The notes under the pieces are model-generated. The model saw nothing but the letters and a program-made list of their open reading frames with translations. It did not search any database and was not told where the DNA came from. The translations under genes were made by a program, and so were the position numbers. Shown one piece after another: positions 45,801-56,023 of a stretch of 64,000 nt of DNA (its first letter is position 1; each line of letters opens with the position of its first letter). The DNA lies in the NCBI GenBank assembly GCA_903862425.1, contig CAIOYC010000027.1, positions 1 to 64,000 on the forward strand, in the 5' to 3' direction. This DNA is from an uncultured Caulobacterales bacterium (lineage in GTDB: Bacteria > Pseudomonadota > Alphaproteobacteria > Caulobacterales > Caulobacteraceae).

Positions 45801-47729
45801 GCCGATCCAGATGGCCATGAAGGCGTCCTCGAAGGCCTGCTTGACCTCCTCGAACACCAGCTTCTCGCCGTGCTCGTCCTCGAGGTCGAATTCGTGAATC
45901 CACACCTTGGTGATCTCGCCGCCCGCCTCGTGGCGCTTTATGGCGAAGCCGTCCTCGGTCAGGCCCTTCAGCCCCATGCTCTCCAGGATCGGTAGCACAT
46001 CGGCCAGGGCGACGAAGCGGCCCACGCGATAAAGCTTGATGCGGAAGGAGAGCTTGGAGTCGTCAGCATTACGATAGGCGCGGATGCGCAGGGTCTGCTC
46101 GTCGCCCGCCTCAAGGGTCTCCATGACCTTGAGGTCGGCCAGGGCTTCCTCGGGGGCGTAGCGGTCGCGATAGCCGGCGGGGAAGGCGGTGACGTAGCGC
46201 GAAAGCACCTCGCCCACCCGGCCCGGCGCCACGCCGCCGTCGCGCGCCAGGGTCTCGAACCGGTCGGACCAGGTACGCACCTGCTCGGCGATCTCGGTCT
46301 CCACCGCCCGCACATCGGGGATCGGGTGCTCGCCGGGCGAAACGCCGATGATGAAGTGCAGCCGCGACAGCGGCTGGTCGGTGGAGGTTAGATACACCGC
46401 CGAGACCCGCCCGCCATAAGCCCGGGCCAGGATCAGGCCGGCCCGGTTGCGCACATCCTGGTCGTAGCGGTCGCGCGGAATGAACAGCAGCACCGAGACG
46501 AAGCGGTCGAAGGGGTCGGTGCGCGCGAACAGGCGCACGCGCGGCCGGTCCGAGAGGTGCAGGATGCCGGTGGCGATGTCGAAGAGGTCGCCCTCCTCGA
46601 TCTGGAACAGTTCGTCGCGCGGATAGGCCTCGACGATGTTGCGCAGACGTTTTTCATTGTGGGCGGACGGATTTTCACCGGCGCGGCGCAGCACGCTGTC
46701 GATCTTCTTGCGGACCAGCGGCAGGCCGTGGGCCGGCTCGTCATAGGCCTCGGCGGTGAACAGGCCGACGAAGCGGATCTCGCCATAGGCCCGACCCGCG
46801 GCGTCGTACCGCTTGACCCCGACATAATCCATGTAGGTCCGCCGATGGACCCGCGAACGCAGGTTGGACTTGGCCACCACCAGCGGGGCGGCGTCCTCGA
46901 GGTAGGATGCAAGGCCGGACGCCAGAACGGCAGGTTCCGAGGCGCGGCGTAGGACGAACCGCCCCATGTCGCGTAGCACGCCGAGGCTGTCTGTGGGGCT
47001 GAACCTGGGCTCCTCGGCAGCGTAGTCGCCGTTCGGCAGGCGCGGATACTCGTAGGTGCGGGCCCCGAGAAAGACGAACCGGTCACCGGTCAACCACTTC
47101 AGGAAGGCTGTATACTCGGCCCGACCGTAGCCGCCGTCCGGCCCGGCGGAGCTTTCCAGTTCGGCCGCCGCTGCGGCCATCAGCGCCAGCATGGCCGGGA
47201 AATCCGCTACCGAGGCGGCCACATCGGCCAGCGTGGCCTCGACGCCGGCGATAAGGGCCTCGCGGCGGTCCTCTCCCACCGGTTCAAGGATCACGGCGAT
47301 GATGGACGTGCGCTGTTCATGCAGGGTCACCACCGGGTGGAACATGGCCATGACCTGGAAGCCGCCCTCGCCGAGCTCACCCATGATGCTGTCGACAAGG
47401 AAGGGTTTGTCCGGCTGCACCGCCACCATCAGGTCGAAGGGCGCGGGCTCGCCGGCGGCGGTCCTCCCCGCAACGATGCGCACCAGCGGCCCGGCGGCCG
47501 CCTTGGTCTCCTCGGCGATCTTCCAGGCGACCACCAGGTTGGCGGCCACGTCGGCGCCGGACACGTCGGGCAACTCCTCTGGGCGCCAGTCGTCGGCCGC
47601 CTGACGCACGAAGCTTACGGCCTCGGGCGGAAGCGTCCCGTCCGACAGCGCCGCGCCGAACCCTGCTTCCAATGAATCTTCAGCTTGATTGGCTGATTTT
47701 GGGGAGGTTTTTGCGTCGCTCATGGGCAA
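42873..47729 (-). CDS. NAD-specific glutamate dehydrogenase, large (~180 kDa) type
   Basis: 1618-aa ORF with hallmark length and conserved segments of large bacterial NAD-GDH (GdhZ/GdhB type). Confidence 0.9.
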   Translation of the reverse strand: MPMSDAKTSPKSANQAEDSLEAGFGAALSDGTLPPEAVSFVRQAADDWRPEELPDVSGADVAANLVVAWKIAEETKAAAGPLVRIVAGRTAAGEPAPFDLMVAVQPDKPFLVDSIMGELGEGGFQVMAMFHPVVTLHEQRTSIIAVILEPVGEDRREALIAGVEATLADVAASVADFPAMLALMAAAAAELESSAGPDGGYGRAEYTAFLKWLTGDRFVFLGARTYEYPRLPNGDYAAEEPRFSPTDSLGVLRDMGRFVLRRASEPAVLASGLASYLEDAAPLVVAKSNLRSRVHRRTYMDYVGVKRYDAAGRAYGEIRFVGLFTAEAYDEPAHGLPLVRKKIDSVLRRAGENPSAHNEKRLRNIVEAYPRDELFQIEEGDLFDIATGILHLSDRPRVRLFARTDPFDRFVSVLLFIPRDRYDQDVRNRAGLILARAYGGRVSAVYLTSTDQPLSRLHFIIGVSPGEHPIPDVRAVETEIAEQVRTWSDRFETLARDGGVAPGRVGEVLSRYVTAFPAGYRDRYAPEEALADLKVMETLEAGDEQTLRIRAYRNADDSKLSFRIKLYRVGRFVALADVLPILESMGLKGLTEDGFAIKRHEAGGEITKVWIHEFDLEDEHGEKLVFEEVKQAFEDAFMAIWIGRTESDGFNRLVLELGVSWREAALVRAVGRYRQQSGLDPTQTVQEQALGAYPGIARLILDLFRTKFDPAIQATIEDRQIQAEATFAKIVEALQGVESLDYDRVLRRLALVVRAMKRTNYYQAGADGEPKPYLSFKVASRELDDLPAPKPFREIFIWSPRVEGVHLRFGPVARGGLRWSDRRDDFRTEVLGLVKAQQVKNAVIVPVGAKGGFFPKQLPRGGSADAIRAEAVEAYKTFLSGLLDITDNLDAQGNVIRPEGVIVHEGDDPYLVVAADKGTATFSDIANGVADDYGFWLGDAFASGGSHGYDHKVMGITARGAWEAVKRHFRELGKDIQTEPFTAVGVGDMSGDVFGNGMLLSKATKLLAAFDHRHIFLDPDPDPAASWAERKRMFDLPRSSWEDYDKGLISKGGGVYPRTAKTMPVSAEAAALLEIPAGEAAPTDVMRAILKARVELLYLGGIGTYVKAPAEGNGDVGDKANDAIRIDGGDLRVAVVGEGANLGLTQAGRIAYARTGGPDGKGGRINTDAIDNSAGVDTSDHEVNIKILTNQAQRLGDLKPADRDPLLVEMTEAVGEHVLAHNYAQTLTLSLQEAGAPGDLDAHARFMLDLEARGRLDRRVEGLPRAAAIADLAAAGRGLTRPELAVLTAYAKLELSDEVVDSTAPDDAYFEKTLVHYFPSPLGKFEAEMQGHRLRREIISTVIANTIVDMTGATFATRLKQAAGCDTSALVLAFEAARQMFRLDEAWKAVGALDLKIPAGVQTQLYQEIANVLRGQTFWLARHASAQGCTVQSLIDAYRPTADALQAEGVGLLSPFERAAAETRTRQYVEAGAPEALAATVASLRPMTAAVNVADLAEASGLEPLAAAKLYHATGGTFGFDRLRAAAAAIRPADPYERQALRGLIVELMGEQYQRAKAIAGLKGPADAAAAVEAWIEPRRALVDRAARTLSDIDEGAGGWSFAKLTIANAALKEAGAA

Positions 47730-47919
47730 TTCCGCTGAATTCTTGGCCCGTTAGGGCGATTTCGGCGCAAACTAACGCTCAAACGCTAACGTTCAACCAT
47801 GGCGGCCCAGAAACTCGGGCAACGAGACCCCGGCGGCATAGCCCGGATAGCAAAGCGCCGCCGACGGCAATGGCACGTCGACGGCGCACGGCCCGCTGCG
47901 GGGGAACAGCTAGGCCTTG

Positions 47920-48007
47920 CGACGACGCGGGGCTCGTGGGGGACGGGGTTCGCGTCGTCGGTCGGGTGAATTCTCCCAACAGGGCTGAGATAGGAAGTCC
48001 TCAGCCC
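47920..48007. terminator. Two tandem stem-loops: CGACGACGCG-N21-CGCGTCGTCG (47920-47960) and GGGCTGAG-N10-CTCAGCCC (47982-48007). They lie downstream of the AI-2E transporter gene and upstream of the gdh promoter.
   Basis: Perfect 10-bp and 8-bp stems read from sequence. No T-runs. Confidence 0.4.
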
Positions 48008-48035
48008 GGCGCCAGAGGCGAAAGGGCGAGAACGT

Positions 48036-49136
48036 TCACGCTTCCGTGACAGGCGTCTTACGCGCGCGGGGCAGGCGTTTCGGCCGGGTGAGCACCGGCT
48101 CCTGTTCCGGGGCTCCATCGCCCGACAGCAGGATGGCGATCCACCGTGTGCCCTCGAACTGGGCCAGGATGATGATGCCGGTCACCGTCAACGGCGTGGA
48201 CAGGAACATGCCTGGGATGCCCCAGATGGCGCCCCAGATGGCCAGGGACAGCAGCACCACGACCGGGTCGATGTTCAGGCTGTCGCGCTGCATGCGTGGC
48301 TGGATCACGTTGCCGACGACGAACATGATCACTTCGAGGCCGATGAACAGGAACAGGGCGGGCCAGAAGGTGGGGAACTGCACCAGGGCGAAGAGCGGCG
48401 GCAGCACGGTGCCGACGGCTCCGCCGATCACCGGCACATAGGCGGCGACGAAGATCAGGAAGGCCCAGAACAACGCATTGGGCAGGCCGATCAGCGCCAT
48501 GACCGCCCAGGCGCCGGCGGCGATGGCCGCACCGGTCACGGTCTGGATCCACAGATAGCGCTCCACCCCGTTACGGATGCGGATGAAGACCTGCACCGCG
48601 TGGTCGCGCTCGTCCTCGTCGGGGAACAGTGCGCCGACCTTTTTTTCGAACCCCTGGCGCGAGGCGATCAGGAAGCCGAGATAGATCAGCACCAGGGTCG
48701 CACCGCCGCCAAAGGCCTGCAACGCCCGCGCCACGTCGCCCAGATATTTCTGCGGGTCGATCTGGTTGAGCAGCTTCTGCACCGTCGGCGGGGCGTGCAC
48801 GCCGAAAGCGCCCGCGATCTGGGCGATGACGGCGTTGAGGCGCGGCAGATCGTTGAACAGTTCGCTGACGAAGCCGGCGGCATTGTTCACCACCACATAG
48901 ACGGTCAGGCCGAAGCCGATCGCCGTCAGCAGCAGCGCCACCGGCAGGGCGGCCCAGTCAGGCAGGGGCGTGCGCGCCAGGAGGCGGGCGAAGCCGTCCA
49001 CCATCACCATCAGAAACAGGGCGAGCACCAGAGGCGTCAGGATCGCCGCGCCCCACAGCAGCGCACCCCCGGCCAGAATCACCGCTATCAGGACGATGGC
49101 GTTCCTCGCCACGCCCGTCGCCGTCGCCATCGCCAT
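48036..49136 (-). CDS. AI-2E family (PerM/UPF0118) membrane transporter
   Basis: 8-TM AI-2E-like architecture. Conserved C-terminal region (WGIPGMFLSTPLT). Confidence 0.8.
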   Translation of the reverse strand: MAMATATGVARNAIVLIAVILAGGALLWGAAILTPLVLALFLMVMVDGFARLLARTPLPDWAALPVALLLTAIGFGLTVYVVVNNAAGFVSELFNDLPRLNAVIAQIAGAFGVHAPPTVQKLLNQIDPQKYLGDVARALQAFGGGATLVLIYLGFLIASRQGFEKKVGALFPDEDERDHAVQVFIRIRNGVERYLWIQTVTGAAIAAGAWAVMALIGLPNALFWAFLIFVAAYVPVIGGAVGTVLPPLFALVQFPTFWPALFLFIGLEVIMFVVGNVIQPRMQRDSLNIDPVVVLLSLAIWGAIWGIPGMFLSTPLTVTGIIILAQFEGTRWIAILLSGDGAPEQEPVLTRPKRLPRARKTPVTEA

Positions 49137-49274
49137 GTGCGGGCCCTTCGAGAACTGCCTGGACTTTCGACGCGCCCGTCACGCCGGTCAAACGATTCTA
49201 CCCGGTTTGATCGCGGCTTGCGGATATAAGGACATCTTTATATGGTGCCCACAAAACTGGTTTCGGAGTGTGCC

Positions 49275-50450
49275 TTGGCTCGTTCGTCCTACATCTTCAC
49301 CTCGGAAAGCGTCTCCGAGGGCCATCCGGACAAGGTCGCCGACCGCATCTCCGACACCGTGGTCGATGCCTTCTTGGGCGAGGACCCCTATGCGCGGGTC
49401 GCTTGCGAAACCATGGTCACGACCAATCGGATCATCCTGGCCGGCGAGGTGCGTGCGCCCGACAACAAGGTCAGCGGCATCATCGACGGTCTGGAAGACA
49501 AGGTTCGCGCCGCCGTGCGTGACATCGGCTATGCCCAGAAGGGCTTCCACTGGCGTACCGCCGATTATGCCTGCTATCTGCACGCCCAGTCCGCCGACAT
49601 CGCCATGGGCGTCGATGCCGGGGGCAACAAGGACGAGGGCGCCGGCGACCAGGGCATCATGTTCGGTTACGCCACGAACGAGACGCCCGAGCTGATGCCG
49701 GCCACCCTGCAATACTCGCACAATATCTTGAAGGTGCTGGCCGAGGCCCGCCATTCCGGTGCGCGACCTGAGCTGGAGCCCGACGCCAAGAGCCAGGTCA
49801 CACTGGAGTATGAGAACGGCAAGCCGGTCCGCGCGACCTCCATCGTACTGTCCACCCAGCATGCCGAAGGCCTGACGCCCGCAGACGTGGCCGCGCTCGT
49901 CAAGCCTTACATCCTGAAGGTCTTCCCCGACGGCTTCGTCACCGATCAGACCGAGTGGCACATAAATCCGACCGGCAACTTCGTCATCGGCGGCCCGGAC
50001 GGGGACTGCGGCCTCACGGGTCGAAAGATTATCGTCGACACCTATGGCGGGGCGGCTCCGCATGGCGGCGGCGCCTTCTCCGGCAAGGACCCGACCAAGG
50101 TTGACCGCTCTGCCGCCTATGCCTGCCGCTACCTGGCCAAGAACGTCGTCGCCGCGGGTCTCGCCGACAAGTGCACGATCCAGATCGGCTACGCTATCGG
50201 CGTGTCCAAGCCGCTCTCGTTCTACGTCGATCTGGTGAACGGCAATATCGACCCGGCCAAGCTCGAGGCCGCCCTGCCCGACATGATGGGCGGCTGCACC
50301 CCGCGCGGCATCCGCGAGCACCTAGCCCTCAACAAGCCCATCTATGCCCGCACCTCGGCCTATGGCCACTTCGGCCGTACGCCCGATGCGGACGGCGGCT
50401 TCAGCTGGGAAAAGACCGATCTCGTCGACCAGTTGAAGGGCCTCGCCTAA
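49275..50450 (+). CDS. metK: S-adenosylmethionine synthetase (methionine adenosyltransferase)
   Basis: [22 protein letters not shown] and other MetK signatures. TTG start at 49275 with GGAG RBS 6 nt upstream preferred over ORF-track start 49242. Confidence 0.9.
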   Translation: MARSSYIFTSESVSEGHPDKVADRISDTVVDAFLGEDPYARVACETMVTTNRIILAGEVRAPDNKVSGIIDGLEDKVRAAVRDIGYAQKGFHWRTADYACYLHAQSADIAMGVDAGGNKDEGAGDQGIMFGYATNETPELMPATLQYSHNILKVLAEARHSGARPELEPDAKSQVTLEYENGKPVRATSIVLSTQHAEGLTPADVAALVKPYILKVFPDGFVTDQTEWHINPTGNFVIGGPDGDCGLTGRKIIVDTYGGAAPHGGGAFSGKDPTKVDRSAAYACRYLAKNVVAAGLADKCTIQIGYAIGVSKPLSFYVDLVNGNIDPAKLEAALPDMMGGCTPRGIREHLALNKPIYARTSAYGHFGRTPDADGGFSWEKTDLVDQLKGLA

Positions 50451-50500
50451 GCGCGTCGTCATGGGATGACCCAGCGGGCGGGAGGCCCTATCTTCCGCCC

Positions 50501-53425
50501 ATGACCGACATCGCCGACACGATCGACCTTGAGCCCACGGAACCGCCCGCCACGGTGAGCGTCGATCCCGCCACGCCGATGCGGCTCTATCTCGTCGATG
50601 GCTCGGGCTACATCTTCCGCGCCTTCCACGCCCTGCCGCAGTTCTCGCGCAAGTCCGACGGCCTGCCCACGGGCGCGGTCGCGGGCTTCTGCAACATGCT
50701 GTGGAAGTTCATCTGCGAGATGAAGGCCGGCGGCGGCGAGACCGGCGCCCCGACCCACCTGGCGGTCATCTTCGACGCGTCCGAGAAGACGTTCCGCAGC
50801 CAGCTCTACCCCGAATACAAGGCGCACCGTCCGCCGCCGCCGCCGGAACTGATCCCGCAATTCCCCCTGGTGCGCGAAGCCACGCGGGCCTTCGGCGTGC
50901 CCGCCATCGAATTGGAGGGCTTCGAGGCGGACGACCTGATCGCCTCCTACGCCAAGGTGGTGGCCGATGCGGGCGGGGAGGTGATCGTGGTCTCCTCCGA
51001 CAAGGACCTGATGCAGCTGGTCAATGAGCAGATCTGCATGTTCGACCCGATGAAGAACCTCAAGATCTGCCGCGAGCAGGTGATCGAGAAGTTCGGCCTC
51101 GGTCCGGAAATGGTGATCGACATCCAGGCCCTGGCCGGCGACAGCGTGGACAATGTGCCGGGCGCCCCCGGCATCGGTATCAAGACCGCCGCGCAGTTGC
51201 TGACCGAGTTCGGCGACCTCGACACGCTTCTGGAGCGCGCGCACGAGATCAAGCAGCCGAAGAAACGCGAGACCCTGATCAATTTCGCCGATCAGGTGCG
51301 CCTGTCGCGCGAACTGGTACGGCTGAAGCAGGACGCGCCCCTGCCCATGGCGGTGGATGAGCTCGGGGTGAAGGCGCCGGACGCCAAGGTGCTGGCGGCC
51401 TTCCTCGAGGCCATGGAGTTCCGCACCCTCGCCCGCCGGGTGTCGGAGCAGATTTCCGGCGGCGCCCCGGCTCCCACTCCGTCGCAGGGCGTCATTGCCC
51501 GCACCGGCGTCGCCAAGCCGATCCTGGCCGAAGACGCAATCCAGGTCATCGATCCCACCGCCTATACCTGCATCACCGATCTGGAGGTGCTGGACGCCTG
51601 GATCGCCAAGGCCACGGCGGCGGGGGTGGTGGCCTTCGACACCGAGACCGACGCCTTGAACTCCGCCGGCGCCGGCCTGTGCGGCGTATCGCTGGCCATC
51701 GCTCCGGGCGAGGCCGCCTATATCCCGGTCGGCCACTGTGCGGCGGACAAGCCCTTGGGCGGGTTGGACTTCGGCGACCAACCCACCGAAATGGGCGGCG
51801 TGGACTGGACCCAGGCGGACCTCGGCGAGGCCCTGGCTAGGCTGAAGCCCCTGCTGGAAGACCCGGCGGTGCTGAAGATCGGCCACAACGCCAAGTACGA
51901 TATGGCGGTCCTGTCGCGGTACGGGATCACGGTCGGGCCGATCGACGACACCATGCTCATGTCCTATGTCCTCGACGGTGGGCTGCACGGGCATGGGATG
52001 GATGAGCTCAGCCAACTCTATCTCGGTCACACGCCGATCCCGTTCAAGCAGGTGGCCGGGACGGGGCAGAAGCAGATTTCCTTCGCCCAGGTGGAGCTGA
52101 AGCCCGCCACCGCCTATGCCGCCGAGGACGCGGACGTCACCTACCGCCTATGGAAGGCGCTGAAGCCGCGCCTGCGCCCCTCAGGCCTGCTCAATGTCTA
52201 CGAGACCCTGGAGCGCGGTATGCCCGCAGTGCTCGCCGCCATGGAGCTGGAGGGGATCAAGGTCGATGCCGAGCGCCTGCGCACCCTTGGCCATGAGTTC
52301 TCGCTGAAGATGGTGGACCTGGAGGCCAAGGCGCACGAGATCGCCGGCCGGCCCTTCAATCTCGGCTCGCCCAAGCAGATCGGCGACATACTGTTCGGTG
52401 AAATGGCCCTGCCCGGCGCCAAGAAGACCGCTACCGGCGCCTGGGCCACCGACGTCAAGGTGCTGGAAGACCTGGCCGAGCAGGGCCATGCCCTGCCGCG
52501 CACCATCGTCGACTGGCGCCAGGTCTCCAAGCTCAAGAACACCTACACGGACGCGCTCGTGGCGGCCGCCGTGCCGCAGACCGGGCGGGTGCATACCTCG
52601 TTCTCGCTGGCGGCGGCGGCCACGGGGCGCCTCGCCTCCACCGATCCCAACCTGCAGAACATCCCCATCCGCACCGAGGAAGGGCGCAAGCTGCGCACCT
52701 GTTTCATCGCCGAGCCGGGCAATGTGCTGATCTCGGCCGACTATTCGCAGATCGAGTTGCGCCTCCTGGCCCATATCGGCGACATCCCCCAGCTGAAACT
52801 CGCCTTCAGCCAGGGTCTCGACATCCACGCCATGACCGCCTCGGAAATGTTCGGGGTGCCCATCGAGGGCATGCCGTCGGAGGTGCGCCGCCGGGCCAAG
52901 GCGATCAATTTCGGCATCGTCTACGGTATCTCCGCCTTCGGCCTCTCCAACCAGCTCGGTATCGAGCAGAAGGAGGCGGGCGACTACATCAAGACCTATT
53001 TCGAGCGTTTTCCCGGCATCCGCACCTATATGGAGGCCACCCGCGCCTATGCCCGGGAGACGGGTTTCGTCACCACCCTGTTCGGACGCAAGATCCACAT
53101 CCCGGCCATCCGGGGACGCACCCCGGCGGAGCGCAGCTTCGGCGACCGCGCCGCCATCAATGCTCCGATCCAGGGCGCGGCGGCGGACATCATCCGTCGG
53201 GCCATGATCAGGATGCCCACGGCGCTGAAGGACGCGGGCCTGTCGGCGCGCATGCTGCTGCAGGTCCACGACGAACTCGTTTTCGAGGCTCCTGAGGCGG
53301 AGGCCGAAGCGCTGATGACCGTCGCCAAACGCGTCATGGAACGCGCCGCCGACCCCGCCGTGGCCCTATCGGTGCCGCTGGTGGTGGAAGCCCGCGCGGC
53401 GAAGAACTGGGACGAGGCGCACTGA
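50501..53425 (+). CDS. polA: DNA polymerase I (5-prime-3-prime exonuclease, 3-prime-5-prime exonuclease and polymerase domains)
   Basis: Full three-domain PolA architecture, including Pol A motif ISADYSQIELR and motif B RRRAKAINFGIVYG. ATG 50501 (MTDIADTIDL); ORF-track N-extension is Arg/Pro-rich. Confidence 0.9.
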   Translation: MTDIADTIDLEPTEPPATVSVDPATPMRLYLVDGSGYIFRAFHALPQFSRKSDGLPTGAVAGFCNMLWKFICEMKAGGGETGAPTHLAVIFDASEKTFRSQLYPEYKAHRPPPPPELIPQFPLVREATRAFGVPAIELEGFEADDLIASYAKVVADAGGEVIVVSSDKDLMQLVNEQICMFDPMKNLKICREQVIEKFGLGPEMVIDIQALAGDSVDNVPGAPGIGIKTAAQLLTEFGDLDTLLERAHEIKQPKKRETLINFADQVRLSRELVRLKQDAPLPMAVDELGVKAPDAKVLAAFLEAMEFRTLARRVSEQISGGAPAPTPSQGVIARTGVAKPILAEDAIQVIDPTAYTCITDLEVLDAWIAKATAAGVVAFDTETDALNSAGAGLCGVSLAIAPGEAAYIPVGHCAADKPLGGLDFGDQPTEMGGVDWTQADLGEALARLKPLLEDPAVLKIGHNAKYDMAVLSRYGITVGPIDDTMLMSYVLDGGLHGHGMDELSQLYLGHTPIPFKQVAGTGQKQISFAQVELKPATAYAAEDADVTYRLWKALKPRLRPSGLLNVYETLERGMPAVLAAMELEGIKVDAERLRTLGHEFSLKMVDLEAKAHEIAGRPFNLGSPKQIGDILFGEMALPGAKKTATGAWATDVKVLEDLAEQGHALPRTIVDWRQVSKLKNTYTDALVAAAVPQTGRVHTSFSLAAAATGRLASTDPNLQNIPIRTEEGRKLRTCFIAEPGNVLISADYSQIELRLLAHIGDIPQLKLAFSQGLDIHAMTASEMFGVPIEGMPSEVRRRAKAINFGIVYGISAFGLSNQLGIEQKEAGDYIKTYFERFPGIRTYMEATRAYARETGFVTTLFGRKIHIPAIRGRTPAERSFGDRAAINAPIQGAAADIIRRAMIRMPTALKDAGLSARMLLQVHDELVFEAPEAEAEALMTVAKRVMERAADPAVALSVPLVVEARAAKNWDEAH

Positions 53426-53474
53426 AGACGTACATCGCCTGATAAATCTGCGGTCAGGCCGTCGGTTTTAGTTG

Positions 53475-53990
53475 CTAACAGTTGTCTTCGTCGCTCCCGC
53501 CATCCGGGCCATCGGCCGGCGGTGCGCTCAATGCCGTGCGGGAAGATGCTGCAGCCTTTACGGCGATTGCCAGAAGCCGCTCGGCCTCTTCCACCGTGGA
53601 CGCCTCCGCTTCAATTTCACCAGCTTTTACCCGCACCTTGCGGCCAAGACGTGCGTTAATCCAGACACCCGCAAGCGTTGCAACTGCCGTGACCGCAGGA
53701 ACGCCAAGGTCTTTGAGAACAAACTCAGCCAGAGGATAGCCGTGTGCGTCCACGGCATCTAATGCCAGCGCACGCTGTGAAAAGTGAAGGTTCTCGGTGC
53801 GCAGTCCTATTCCGAACTGCGAAAGCTGCTGCTGTGTTTCTTTGTCGGAAATCGGCGGCTCATCTGCAGCCTGCTCCAAAATTATTTCAATCTCACCGCG
53901 CTCCTTGCGCCGCTGCTTCTCTATCGCGTCCTGCCGCTTCAGGTTAGCGACGTAAGCGGCAAAAGCCTCATCTTTCCAATCGTCCGACAT
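53475..53990 (-). CDS. Hypothetical protein (ORFan, lower GC than surroundings)
   Basis: 171-aa ORF with charged coiled-coil-like N-terminus and acidic C-terminus. No recognisable motif. Local GC visibly lower (~55%) than flanking polA and fabB. Confidence 0.45.
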   Translation of the reverse strand: MSDDWKDEAFAAYVANLKRQDAIEKQRRKERGEIEIILEQAADEPPISDKETQQQLSQFGIGLRTENLHFSQRALALDAVDAHGYPLAEFVLKDLGVPAVTAVATLAGVWINARLGRKVRVKAGEIEAEASTVEEAERLLAIAVKAAASSRTALSAPPADGPDGGSDEDNC

Positions 53991-54050
53991 GCCGGTAGGC
54001 CTCTGTTGTCGCGGCGTCAGCTTGCGGTTGAGCGGGGAGGCGGAAGCCCG

Positions 54051-55292
54051 TCAAACCCGTCGCAGCACCAGTGTGCCGTTGGTGCCGCCGAAGCCGAAGG
54101 AGTTGGACATTACCGTCTCCAGCCCGGCGGCGTCCTTGCGGGCGCGCAGGATCGGCAGGTCGGCGAAGGCTTCGTCCAGGGTCTCGATATGGGCGCTCTC
54201 GGCGGCGAAGTCGTTCTGCAGCATGAGCAGGCAGTAGATCGCCTCCTGCGCCCCCGCCGCGCCGAGCGAATGGCCCGTGAGCGACTTGGTGGAGGAGATC
54301 AGCGGCGCCTTGGTCCCGAACACCTCGCGCACGGCGTCCATCTCCTTGGAGTCGCCGATGGGGGTCGAGGTGCCATGTGGGTTCAGATAGTCGATGGTGC
54401 CGACGTCGCCCTGCCCGTCCATGCCCTTCATGGCCAGGCGCATGCAGCGCACCGCGCCCTCGCCCGAGGGGGCGACCATGTCGTGCGCGTCGGCATTGGC
54501 GGCATAGCCCACTACCTCGGCATAGATCTTGGCGCCGCGCGCCCTGGCGTGCTCGTACTCTTCCAGCACCACGATCCCGGCCCCGCCGGCGATGACGAAG
54601 CCGTCGCGGTCCTTGTCATAGGCGCGGGAGGCCACAGCCGGGCGGTCGTTGAAGCCGGAGGACATGGCGCCCATGGCGTCGAACAGGTTCGACAGGGTCC
54701 AGTCCAGCTCCTCGCAGCCGCCGGCGAACACCACGTCCTGCTTGCCCATGATGATCTGCTCGGCGCCCGCGCCGATGCAGTGAGCCGAGGTCGCGCAGGC
54801 CGAGGAGATGGAATAGTTGATCCCGCGCGTCTTGAACCAGGTGGACAGCACCGCCGAGGGGCCCGAGCACATTGCCTTGGGCACCGCGAAGGGTCCGATA
54901 CGCTTGGGCCCCTTGGTCTTTGTGGTTTCCGCTGCGTTGACGATGGCGCGGGTGGAGGGGCCGCCGTCGCCGACGATCAGTCCGGTGCGATCGTTCTGGA
55001 TTTCCGTCTCGGTCAGGCCGGAGTCCTTGATCGCCTGCTCCATGGCGATGTGGGCATAGGCGGTGCCAGGGGCGAGGAAGCGGGCGGCGCGGCGGTCGAC
55101 CAGGGCCTCCCAGTCGGTGGCGTTGCCCGGCAGGATCGGCGCCGCGTGGACCTGGCAGCGGAAACCGAGCTCCGCATAGGCCGCCGCCGCCACGACGCCC
55201 GACCGCGCCTCGCGCAGCGAAGCCGTCACAGCGTCCGCATCGCCTCCGATGGACGATACGATACCAATTCCGGTGACCACGACACGACGCAT
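54051..55292 (-). CDS. fabB: Beta-ketoacyl-ACP synthase I
   Basis: KAS I sequence with active-site Cys region ([13 protein letters not shown]) and His-His (NPHGTST...[10 protein letters not shown]). Confidence 0.9.
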   Translation of the reverse strand: MRRVVVTGIGIVSSIGGDADAVTASLREARSGVVAAAAYAELGFRCQVHAAPILPGNATDWEALVDRRAARFLAPGTAYAHIAMEQAIKDSGLTETEIQNDRTGLIVGDGGPSTRAIVNAAETTKTKGPKRIGPFAVPKAMCSGPSAVLSTWFKTRGINYSISSACATSAHCIGAGAEQIIMGKQDVVFAGGCEELDWTLSNLFDAMGAMSSGFNDRPAVASRAYDKDRDGFVIAGGAGIVVLEEYEHARARGAKIYAEVVGYAANADAHDMVAPSGEGAVRCMRLAMKGMDGQGDVGTIDYLNPHGTSTPIGDSKEMDAVREVFGTKAPLISSTKSLTGHSLGAAGAQEAIYCLLMLQNDFAAESAHIETLDEAFADLPILRARKDAAGLETVMSNSFGFGGTNGTLVLRRV

Positions 55293-55356
55293 GGGTGGGG
55301 TCTACCTCCGCGTTCTCTTCTGGAACGGCCGCTTTGTTGCGACCCTGAAACTCGTC

Positions 55357-55890
55357 TTAGACGAGGTCCTTCGCATCGAACAGCCCGACCCGCAGATCGG
55401 TTGCGCTGTAGATCGGCTTTCCATCGGCTTCCACGACCCCGTCGCCGATGCCCATGACCAGCTTGCGGATGATCACCCGCTTCATGTCGATGAGGTAGGT
55501 CACCTTCTTCACCTGCGGCCCGACCTGGCCGGTGAACTTCACTTCGCCGACGCCCAGCGCCCGACCCTTGCCCGGCGCACCGGACCAGCCGAGGAAGAAG
55601 CCGACCAACTGCCACATGGCGTCGAGGCCCAGGCACCCGGGCATCACCGGGTCGCCGAAGAAGTGGCACAGGAAGAACCACTGCTCGGGCGTGATATCGA
55701 GCTCGGCCTTCATGAAGCCCTTGCCGTACTTGCCGCCTTCGTCCGAGATCTCGATGATCCGGTCCATCATCAACATGGGCGGCGCCGGGAGCTGAGCGTT
55801 GCCCGGCCCGAACATCTCGCCGCGCGAACAGGATAAGAGGTCCTCGTAGCTGAACGACGTCTGGGGGTAGCGGGTGAGATTGGGCGCCAT
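55357..55890 (-). CDS. fabA: 3-hydroxydecanoyl-ACP dehydratase/isomerase
   Basis: Strong identity to FabA ([43 protein letters not shown]). ATG re-set to 55890. Confidence 0.9.
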   Translation of the reverse strand: MAPNLTRYPQTSFSYEDLLSCSRGEMFGPGNAQLPAPPMLMMDRIIEISDEGGKYGKGFMKAELDITPEQWFFLCHFFGDPVMPGCLGLDAMWQLVGFFLGWSGAPGKGRALGVGEVKFTGQVGPQVKKVTYLIDMKRVIIRKLVMGIGDGVVEADGKPIYSATDLRVGLFDAKDLV

Positions 55891-56023
55891 ACGTCCTGGG
55901 TCCTGTCGGCGCTGGTCGCCGTCTTGTGATTGCCGGTTACACCACGCGCCGGTCCGCCTCAACAGAGACAGAACAGGTGAGCTTCGCCGACGATCCCGTC
56001 AATGCAGCCTTTGGGCGGGCGTT

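Noticed and set aside
43720-45995. Long alternative-frame and antisense ORFs inside the NAD-GDH gene (e.g. 44688-45995 + 435 aa; 43720-44847 - 375 aa)
   Set aside because: Gly/Arg/Ala/Pro-rich low-complexity translations typical of off-frame reading in ~68% GC DNA. Fully embedded in a strongly conserved 1618-aa gene.
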